Positions 46,818 to 53,921 of a stretch of DNA of 64,000 nucleotides are shown in pieces. The notes under the pieces were generated by a model. That model searched no databases, had not been told where the DNA came from, and saw only the letters and a program-made list of their open reading frames with translations. The position numbers and the translations under genes are program-made. Location of the stretch: positions 13,346 through 77,345 of the forward strand of contig JASEFX010000008.1 of assembly GCA_030018265.1 (NCBI GenBank). The letters are read 5' to 3'. How positions within the stretch are numbered: position 1 is the stretch's first letter; each line of letters begins with the position of its first letter. Source of the DNA: Candidatus Saccharicenans sp. GTDB lineage: Bacteria > Acidobacteriota > Aminicenantia > Aminicenantales > Saccharicenantaceae.

Positions 46818-47243
46818 ATGCTTAATAAACTGGTTCACTGGTCCCGGTTGAAATCACCCTGGATACTTCACCTTAACACCGGAGCCTGCAACGCCTGTGA
46901 CATCGAGGTGGTGGCGGCTCTGACACCCCGGTTTGACGTGGAGAGGTTTGGCATCCTGCTGAAGGCTACTCCCCGCCACGCTGACGTCATCATCTGCACC
47001 GGCCCGGCCACCAGACAGATGAAAGACCGGTTGATCCGGATTTACGAGCAGACTCCGGACCCGAAATTTGTCATCGCCGTCGGGGCCTGCGCCATGTCCG
47101 GCTGCGTTTACCGCGGGGCCTACAACGTCATCGGCGGTATCGATCAGGTCATCCCGGTCGACGTGTACGTTCCCGGTTGTCCGGTGCGCCCGGACGCGGT
47201 CATCGACGGGGTGGTAAAACTTCTCAACAAGCTTAAGGGATGA
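46818..47243 (+). CDS. [NiFe] hydrogenase small subunit, NuoB-like (single proximal 4Fe-4S)
   Basis: 141 aa. Four Cys ligands in the group-4/NuoB pattern (GACNACDIEV ... GACAMSG ... PGCPVRP). Confidence 0.9.
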   Translation: MLNKLVHWSRLKSPWILHLNTGACNACDIEVVAALTPRFDVERFGILLKATPRHADVIICTGPATRQMKDRLIRIYEQTPDPKFVIAVGACAMSGCVYRGAYNVIGGIDQVIPVDVYVPGCPVRPDAVIDGVVKLLNKLKG

Positions 47244-47250
47244 GGCAAAC

Positions 47251-47724
47251 ATGAACGACCAGATTCTGATGGAGAAAGCTCAGGCCAGTCTGGGGAATAA
47301 AATCCTGGCGCTGACCAACCCGGCCCCCCGCCGGATTTTCCTGAAAGTGGCGCCGGAAAATCTGCTGGAAACCGTCGGCTGGCTTAAGAATGAAATCGGG
47401 TTCACGCACCTTTCAACCATCAGCGGGGTGGACCTGGGACAGACCTTTGAAGTTCTCTATCATTTCGCCAACGATTTTACCTGCCTTACCCTCAGAACAG
47501 AGATCCCGCGAGAGAACCCGCTGCTGCCGAGCATCTGCGAGTTGATTCCGGGAGCCATCCTTTACGAAAGAGAACTGCAGGATATGTTTGGCATAGTCGT
47601 GCAAAATATACCAGATGGCCGGCCGCTGGTGCTTCCTGACGGCTGGCCTGCGGGCAATTATCCCTTAAGAAAAGACTGGAAATACAAAAGACCGCCGGAA
47701 GTCATTCCTGGAGGAAACAAATGA
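47251..47724 (+). CDS. NuoC-like (30-kDa) subunit
   Basis: 157 aa. Complex1_30kDa-type C-terminal pattern ERELQDMFGIVVQNIPDGRPLVLPDGWP. Confidence 0.85.
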   Translation: MNDQILMEKAQASLGNKILALTNPAPRRIFLKVAPENLLETVGWLKNEIGFTHLSTISGVDLGQTFEVLYHFANDFTCLTLRTEIPRENPLLPSICELIPGAILYERELQDMFGIVVQNIPDGRPLVLPDGWPAGNYPLRKDWKYKRPPEVIPGGNK

Positions 47725-48923
47725 AGTTTCAGATACCGATCGGACCGCAACATCCGGCCTTAAAAGAGCCCATCGGCCTGCGCATAACGGTCGAGGGAGA
47801 AATCATTCGCGATGCAGACCTCCGGCTCGGCTACAATCACCGGGGGCTGGAAAAGCTGGCTGAACAGAAAACCTGGATTCAGAACATCTACCTCGCTGAA
47901 CGCATCTGCGGCATCTGCTCTCATTCCCATACGACCTGTTACGTTCAGGGTGTGGAAAAGTTGATGGAGCTGGAACCGCCAAAACGCGGCCTGTACATCC
48001 GCACGCTGGTGGCCGAACTTGAAAGGGTCCACAGCCATCTCCTCTGGCTCGGCGTGGCCGGGCACGAAGCCGGTTTTGACAGCTTCTTCATGTACACCTG
48101 GCGCGACCGGGAAATAGTCATGGACATACTCGAGACGATCACCGGAAACCGCGTTCACTACGGCATCAACACTATCGGCGGGGTCCGGCGCGACCTGGAC
48201 GAAATGCAGGTCAAGCACATACTGGATTCGCTCGAGATATTGAGGAAACGCAGCGAATACTACAGGAACCTCGGGACGACCGAGCCCAGCTTCGTGGCCA
48301 GGCTGGCTGGCGTTGGCTATCTCTCTCCTGAAGATGCGGTGGCGCTCTGCGCCGTCGGACCAACGCTCAGGGCCTCCGGCATCGCCAGGGACGTGCGCAA
48401 AGATGATCCTTATGCGGTGTATGAGGAAGTTCCTTTTGAAGTCTGCACCGCCGACACCTGCGATGTCCTCGGCCGGGCTGTTGTCCGCATTAAGGAACTT
48501 TTCCAGAGTTATAACATAATCGAGTATCTGCTGAAGAATCTGCCGGCCGGGCCGATAGCCGTTAGGGCTCCCAGAAGAGCGAAACCGAACGAAGTGGTCA
48601 GCCGCTATGAAGCGCCGCGAGGAGAAAATATCCACTACATAAAGAGCAACGGCACTGATAAACCCGAGCGGTTGAAAGTGCGGGCTCCGACTCTGGCCAA
48701 CTATGCGGCCACCATCAAGATGCTCAAGAACGGGTTCATCGCCGACGTGCCGCTGATCTTCGCGGCCATCGACCCCTGCATCTGCTGCGCCGAGCGCGCG
48801 GTCTCGGTGGTTGATGCCAGGTCTGGAGAAGAAAAAATAATCCCGATGAACACCCTGAAACAACTGAGTCAAAAAATTTCATACGGGAAAGAAAAAAAGA
48901 GGGTAGCAGAATGGCCACTGTGA
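47721..48923 (+). CDS. Group-4 [NiFe] hydrogenase large subunit (NuoD-like) with both Ni-Fe Cys pairs and a C-terminal extension
   Basis: 400 aa. N-terminal RICGICSHSH and C-terminal DPCICCAER motifs, followed by 41 further residues. Confidence 0.92.
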   Translation: MKFQIPIGPQHPALKEPIGLRITVEGEIIRDADLRLGYNHRGLEKLAEQKTWIQNIYLAERICGICSHSHTTCYVQGVEKLMELEPPKRGLYIRTLVAELERVHSHLLWLGVAGHEAGFDSFFMYTWRDREIVMDILETITGNRVHYGINTIGGVRRDLDEMQVKHILDSLEILRKRSEYYRNLGTTEPSFVARLAGVGYLSPEDAVALCAVGPTLRASGIARDVRKDDPYAVYEEVPFEVCTADTCDVLGRAVVRIKELFQSYNIIEYLLKNLPAGPIAVRAPRRAKPNEVVSRYEAPRGENIHYIKSNGTDKPERLKVRAPTLANYAATIKMLKNGFIADVPLIFAAIDPCICCAERAVSVVDARSGEEKIIPMNTLKQLSQKISYGKEKKRVAEWPL

Positions 48924-49882
48924 ATACTCTGATTTATCTAATCATTTATCCGGGTCTTCTGTTCCTGTTCCTCTATTCCACCTTTGTCGAGTGGTACGAC
49001 CGTAAACTCTATGCCCGTTTCCAGAACCGCATGGGCCCCACCCATACGGGAAAATTCGGGCTGCTGCAGCCGATAGCCGACTTCTTCAAGCTGATGGCAA
49101 AAGAAGACATCGTTCCTGAAAGAGCAGACCGGAAAATGTTCTCTGCTCTTCCGGCATTTGGTCTGGCCATAGTTTTCACCGCGATGCTGTTAATCCCCGT
49201 CTGGAATTACAGCCTGGACCGTCCTTCGGTTATCTCTTTCAGCGGCGACATAATCGTTGTGCTTTATCTGCTGAGCCTTCCGACTTTTATCTTTTTCCTG
49301 GCCGGCTGGTCGTCAACCAACCTGTTCTCGATCGTTGGCGGAGCCAGGGTTCTCACCATGCTTTTCGGCTATGAAGTGCCTCTGTTCCTGGCGGTGCTGA
49401 GCCCGGCTGTTCTGGCCAATTCCTGGCGTCTGGCGGAAATCGCCGCTTTCTACCGCCAGCACCCGGCGCTCATTCCGGTGAATCTGCTGGGTTTTGTGAT
49501 CGCCCTGATCTGCGTACAGGCAAAGCTGGAAAGAACGCCGTTTGATATTCCGCACGCCGAGACCGAGATAGTCGGCGGAACTTTCACCGAATACTCCGGC
49601 AAAAAGCTGGCGATATTCCGGTTGATGATGGACGCCGAGATGGTCGTGGCCGCAGGTCTGCTGGCAACAGTTTTTCTCGGCGGTTTTCCCGGCGGCCCGC
49701 TCCTCGGGCTGATAAACTTCATCGTCAAAACTTTATTCGTCATATTTTTCCTGGCGTTAATCCGGGCGACAACTTCCAGAATCAGGGTTGATCAGGTGGT
49801 CACCTTTTCCTGGAAGTATCTGGCTCCGCTGGCCGTCCTTCAGCTACTCATTACCATCCTGGTTAAGGGGTTAATCTCATGA
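48911..49882 (+). CDS. NuoH-like (HycD/MbhM/EchB) membrane subunit
   Basis: 323 aa, about 8 TM. N-terminal pattern ERKLYARFQNRMGPTHTGKFGLLQPIADFFKL is typical of NuoH/ND1. Confidence 0.9.
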   Translation: MATVNTLIYLIIYPGLLFLFLYSTFVEWYDRKLYARFQNRMGPTHTGKFGLLQPIADFFKLMAKEDIVPERADRKMFSALPAFGLAIVFTAMLLIPVWNYSLDRPSVISFSGDIIVVLYLLSLPTFIFFLAGWSSTNLFSIVGGARVLTMLFGYEVPLFLAVLSPAVLANSWRLAEIAAFYRQHPALIPVNLLGFVIALICVQAKLERTPFDIPHAETEIVGGTFTEYSGKKLAIFRLMMDAEMVVAAGLLATVFLGGFPGGPLLGLINFIVKTLFVIFFLALIRATTSRIRVDQVVTFSWKYLAPLAVLQLLITILVKGLIS

Positions 49883-50274
49883 AGATCGGAGTATTCATTC
49901 CCGAATTGCTGCGTCACCTCTTTAAGAAACCGGCAACTGTGGACTATCCCTTTGAAAAGCTCGAAGTGCCGCGCGGTTTTAGAGGTTCGCCCTACCTGAG
50001 ACCGGAACTCTGCATCGTCTGCCGGGCCTGCGAGCGTGACTGCCCGGCCGAAGCTATTGAAATCACCGCGATAAATGAGGCTGAAAAAAGATTCAGGATG
50101 ATTATCCATAACGACCGCTGCATTCACTGCGCTCAGTGCGTCGATTCCTGCCCGACCGAGGCGATGCTGATGGACGACCGTTTTGAAATATCGGACTACA
50201 GCCGGCTAAACCTGAAGATGGAATGGGAATACGTGCGGGCGGTGGTCAAGCCGAAATCCGAACAGAAAAGCTGA
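49879..50274 (+). CDS. NuoI-like 2x[4Fe-4S] ferredoxin subunit (HycF/MbhN/EchF)
   Basis: 131 aa. CIVCRACERDCP and CIHCAQCVDSCP. Confidence 0.9.
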   Translation: MKIGVFIPELLRHLFKKPATVDYPFEKLEVPRGFRGSPYLRPELCIVCRACERDCPAEAIEITAINEAEKRFRMIIHNDRCIHCAQCVDSCPTEAMLMDDRFEISDYSRLNLKMEWEYVRAVVKPKSEQKS

Positions 50275-50365
50275 TCGGAAATTTTGTCTGAAAAAATTTG
50301 TCTTGATTCGGGGGGGAGAAAAATATAAATTAATTCTAATCCCTGAATGACAGAGGGAAGGGCGG

Positions 50366-50881
50366 ATGGCCGTGAAATGGGTTCAATTCCTCAGAAAAGA
50401 GCTCCGGAGCGTGGAGAAGCTTCTGGTGCTTGGAACCGGCAACGCCCTGAAAGCGGACGATGCCGCCGGCCTTCTGGTAGCCAGCATCCTGGAAAACCTT
50501 CTTACCAGAAGACAGAAATCAAAGGTCAAAGTGTTGCGTGTCTACGAATTGATCGACACTTACAGCCGACGGGTTAAACGTTTGAAGCCTTCTCATTTAA
50601 TCATCGTCGACGCTCTGGACATGAAAAAAACTCCAGGAACGATCATGGTGACCAGATTGCAGCCAGAAAGCGGAAAAGGGAAGAAAAAGGTTGGACTGGA
50701 ATTTGCGAAATTTCTGGAAAATCTAACTTCTGAGCTTTCCTGCAAGGTTATCTTTATCGGAATACAGCCGGCCTCTTTAGATTTTGGACATCCGATAACC
50801 CAGCCGATAAGAGAGGCCTGTCGCCAGGTGTCCGAGGCCATTGCCGTGATGACCACAGGTCAGCCGGCTAAATCTTCATAG
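50366..50881 (+). CDS. hycI: Hydrogenase maturation endopeptidase (HycI/HyaD family)
   Basis: 171 aa. LLVLGTGNALKADDAAGLLVA and HLIIVDALD motifs (Ni-binding Asp residues) and adjacency to the hydrogenase genes. Confidence 0.8.
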   Translation: MAVKWVQFLRKELRSVEKLLVLGTGNALKADDAAGLLVASILENLLTRRQKSKVKVLRVYELIDTYSRRVKRLKPSHLIIVDALDMKKTPGTIMVTRLQPESGKGKKKVGLEFAKFLENLTSELSCKVIFIGIQPASLDFGHPITQPIREACRQVSEAIAVMTTGQPAKSS

Positions 50882-51965
50882 GCATAAGCACGTAAAAATA
50901 AACTCCCTCAGGCTCGGACTCAGGCTTTATCAACACCGCGCTGTTCTCATCCTTTATTTCAAAAATAACCCGGTCGCAGGACACTGTTTCCATAAAATCG
51001 AGGAGATACTGAGAATTGAAACCAATCTCCATATCCTTTCCTCTGTATTCAACCGTGAGCTTATCCCTGGCTTCGCCAAACTCCGGGTTGGAAGAGAATA
51101 ACCTTAGCTCGTCACCACTGAGGTCAAACTTTATTCCTTTCGATTTCTCAGAGGAAAGGATGGCTACTCTTTTAATAGCCCTGATAAGAGCTTCTTTATC
51201 AACGGTCAGAATGTTGGGATTATCTCTGGGAATTACTGCCTGATAATTGGGAAATTTGCTCTCAATAATCCGGCTTATTAAAACTCTGTTGTTAACCCGG
51301 AAATAAAGGCTGTTGTCGTCAAAATCAAAATCCACTTTTTCGTTTTCAAACTTTTTAAGCTCATTCAGTGTTTTTTTGGAAACTATCTGGTTCACTTCCT
51401 TATCAACATTTAACCCTTCAAATTCTCTCTTTGTGTAAGAAAGGCGGTGCCCGTCTGTGCTTACCAGCTCAAGCTGATTTTTTTTGATCGAAAGAAGCGC
51501 GCCACTGAGATAGTAGCGCTGCTCCTGGGTAATGGCGTATAAAACACAATCTATCATCTCTTTGAAATCTGAGAAATTCCACGATATTCCCTTTTCAAAA
51601 TCTGAAGCCTGGATTTCAGGAAAATCCTCTTCTGAGGCGGTTAGAACCTTTATTTCACTTTCGCCGCTCCTGACTATTAAGTGTTCATCTTTCTTTATAA
51701 ACTCTATTTCCTGATCCTCGGGCAATAATTTTATGAACTCAAAAAGTCTTCTGCCATTAACTGCGGCCCGTCCGTCGGTGCGGACATCTGCCTCAAATTT
51801 TGTTCTCAGACCCACTTCCAGGTCAGTGCCCATCATTTCCACCGTTCCTTTCGTCGCTCTGATCATAATACTGGAGAGAATCGGCATGGTCGTCCTTTTT
51901 TCCACAATCCCCTGAAGAAGGCTTAATTCGTTGATAATGTTGTTTTTAGAAGTTATAAACCTCAT
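50868..51965 (-). CDS. dnaN: DNA polymerase III beta sliding clamp
   Basis: About 365 aa starting MRFITSKNN at the ATG at 51965, which is preceded by AAGGTGG. The track's GTG at 51974 adds 3 aa. Ends ..YVLMPMKI. The gene is very AT-rich. Confidence 0.95.
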   Translation of the reverse strand: MRFITSKNNIINELSLLQGIVEKRTTMPILSSIMIRATKGTVEMMGTDLEVGLRTKFEADVRTDGRAAVNGRRLFEFIKLLPEDQEIEFIKKDEHLIVRSGESEIKVLTASEEDFPEIQASDFEKGISWNFSDFKEMIDCVLYAITQEQRYYLSGALLSIKKNQLELVSTDGHRLSYTKREFEGLNVDKEVNQIVSKKTLNELKKFENEKVDFDFDDNSLYFRVNNRVLISRIIESKFPNYQAVIPRDNPNILTVDKEALIRAIKRVAILSSEKSKGIKFDLSGDELRLFSSNPEFGEARDKLTVEYRGKDMEIGFNSQYLLDFMETVSCDRVIFEIKDENSAVLIKPESEPEGVYFYVLMPMKI

Positions 51966-52082
51966 TTTTTCCACCTTTCCTTATTCTTCATAATATAATC
52001 AATTTAAGCTAAAAGGCAATTAAAAAAATAATACATTGTTTCAAGAATATGTGAATATCTATTCCTTTTGTGTTGATAATCA

Positions 52083-53414
52083 TTACTTTAGCAGCTTAAT
52101 CATTTTGTTGATTTCTCTGTTAAATTCCGGGTCCTTCTCTCTTAATTTCTCAATTTTCCTTATACTGTGAAGAACTGTCGTATGGTGCTTGCCGCCAAAT
52201 TTCTTCCCTATTTCTGGAAGAGAACTGTCGGTGAGCTCTTTAGTCAGATACATGGCTACCTGTCTGGGAAAAGAAACTCTGGGTGAATTGTTTTTTGATT
52301 TAATCTCAGATAGCTTGATTTTGTACTGATTGCAGACAACTTTCTGTATTTTTTCGATGGTAATCACATTGGTTTCAGCGTCAAGTAAACCCCTCAGGGC
52401 TTCACGAGCCAGGTCCAGGTCTATTGGAGCTCCTTTAAGAGAAGCGAAGGCGATCACCCTTCTAAGGTAACCTTCCAGTTCTCTTATGTTCGAATGTACT
52501 TTATCGGCGATGTACAGTGCGACAGCCTCGGGAAGAGATATGTTCTCAAGCTCAGCTTTTTTCTTAAGAATGGCGATTCTGGTTTCGATGTCCGGTGGTT
52601 TCAGGTCGGCAATCAATCCCCACTCAAAGCGCGAGCGGAAACGTTCTTCCAGATGGGGAATGTCCTTTGGCGGGCAGTCACTCGAAATGACAATCTGTTT
52701 CTGGCTATCATAAAGATGGTTGAAGGTATGGAAAAATTCTTCCTTCGTTCTCTCCCGGCCTGAAATGTAGTGGATATCATCCATCAGCAGAACGTCAACT
52801 GCCCGGTATTTCTGACGGAATTCAAGAATTTTTCCGTACTGCAGGTGGTTGATCAGCTCATTCATGAACCTCTCGGTGGTAACATAAAGCACCTTCAGCC
52901 TGGGATTGTTGTTCATGATATAATGGCCGATGGCGTTCATAAGATGGGTTTTCCCGAGTCCAGCTCCACCGTAGATGAAAAGCGGGTTGTAAGATTTAGC
53001 CGGATTCTTGGCGACTGCGACGGCAGCCGCGTGAGCGAACTGGTTGCAGTTGCCGACGACAAAATTTTCAAAAGTGTAATTTGGGTTAAGGTTAGCCACC
53101 ACAGTGATGGCCTGGTGGAGTTTCCTTTCTTCGGGTGAGTTTCTAAGGAATGATGTCGGGGTTTCATCATAGATAAATTTTATTTCGAATACTTTGTTAA
53201 ATATTTCCTGAGAACATTCATTTATAAGTCTGGAATAATGAAAGCTCAGCCAGTCCTTGAAGTAGGAATTTGGCACCTTGATGTAAAGCGTTTCGCCTTC
53301 TGCTCCGATGTAGGAGGTTGGCTCAAACCAGGTTTCAAAAGCCTGACTTTCCACCCGGCTTTTTACTGCCGCCAGTATCTTATTCCAGGGATTAGTTTTA
53401 TCTTCGACCTTCAT
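52083..53414 (-). CDS. dnaA: Chromosomal replication initiator DnaA
   Basis: About 443 aa starting MKVEDKTNPWNKIL. The track start at 53474 would place the DnaA boxes in the coding sequence. Walker A GGAGLGKTHL, Walker B LLMDDIHY, and domain IV KHHTTVLHSIRKIE. Confidence 0.95.
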   Translation of the reverse strand: MKVEDKTNPWNKILAAVKSRVESQAFETWFEPTSYIGAEGETLYIKVPNSYFKDWLSFHYSRLINECSQEIFNKVFEIKFIYDETPTSFLRNSPEERKLHQAITVVANLNPNYTFENFVVGNCNQFAHAAAVAVAKNPAKSYNPLFIYGGAGLGKTHLMNAIGHYIMNNNPRLKVLYVTTERFMNELINHLQYGKILEFRQKYRAVDVLLMDDIHYISGRERTKEEFFHTFNHLYDSQKQIVISSDCPPKDIPHLEERFRSRFEWGLIADLKPPDIETRIAILKKKAELENISLPEAVALYIADKVHSNIRELEGYLRRVIAFASLKGAPIDLDLAREALRGLLDAETNVITIEKIQKVVCNQYKIKLSEIKSKNNSPRVSFPRQVAMYLTKELTDSSLPEIGKKFGGKHHTTVLHSIRKIEKLREKDPEFNREINKMIKLLK

Positions 53415-53427
53415 GACTGCCCGAAAG

Positions 53428-53459
53428 ATTTCCACAGATTTTTCCACAACTGTGGAAAA
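53428..53459. promoter_or_regulatory. Cluster of three DnaA-box-like 9-mers (ATTTCCACA, TTTTCCACA, inverted TGTGGAAAA)
   Basis: Boxes at 53428-53436, 53440-53448 and 53451-53459. The last two form the palindrome TTTTCCACAACTGTGGAAAA, 14-45 nt upstream of the preferred dnaA start. Each has 1-2 mismatches to TTATCCACA. Confidence 0.55.
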
Positions 53460-53658
53460 ATACCCCGTCGACACAGGAAACGGGGGAAATGCTGAAAAAT
53501 ATTAGCACCTTGAAGCATAAAATTCAAGAAAAATTTTTACAACTGTCGTGAAAAAAATGGCTCCGGGTGCCCGCCTTTAGGTCTGCTGACAGAATTTAAT
53601 CGCTGAACAATAGCATGAACGCCGGATAAGTCCATTCCGGGCCTGTCAATCTCTGGAG

Positions 53659-53687
53659 TTGCAAGCCTGAAAGATTTGTGATATAAG
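53659..53687 (+). promoter_or_regulatory. Candidate promoter (TTGCAA-N17-TATAAG) of rpmB
   Basis: -35 at 53659-53664 and -10 at 53682-53687, with about a 40-nt leader to the rpmB ATG. Confidence 0.4.
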
Positions 53688-53727
53688 ATTAAAATCATCA
53701 GAAAATCGTTAGAAAGCGAGAACGACC

Positions 53728-53919
53728 ATGGCCAGAGAATGTGATATCTGTCATAGAGGCCCGATTTTCGGTTTGAGCCGGAGCCATTCGAACAGGGCTT
53801 CACGCAAGAAATGGAGTGTCAACCTGCAGAGAGTCAGAGCCCGGACGGAAAGCGGAGTGAGAAGAATCTGGGTCTGCACCCGCTGCCTTCGCTCCGGGAA
53901 GGTGCAGAAAGCCGTCTGA
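53728..53919 (+). CDS. rpmB: 50S ribosomal protein L28
   Basis: 63 aa. MARECDICHRGPIFGLSRSHSNRASRKKWSVNLQ is typical of L28. Confidence 0.95.
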   Translation: MARECDICHRGPIFGLSRSHSNRASRKKWSVNLQRVRARTESGVRRIWVCTRCLRSGKVQKAV

Positions 53920-53921
53920 CT

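Noticed and set aside
47760-48872. 370-aa minus-strand ORF inside the hydrogenase cluster.
   Set aside because: It is antisense to the [NiFe] large-subunit gene, whose motifs are unambiguous. I saw no independent signals.
53415-53474. N-terminal 20-codon extension of dnaA (track start MSTGYFSTVVEK...).
   Set aside because: The extension would place the DnaA-box palindrome inside the coding sequence. The downstream Met gives MKVEDKTNPWNKIL..., which matches canonical DnaA N-termini with a Trp near position 8-10.
53537-53803. 88-aa minus-strand ORF upstream of dnaA.
   Set aside because: It overlaps the rpmB promoter and coding start on the opposite strand and lies in the AT-rich putative origin region. 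It has no SD and no family features.
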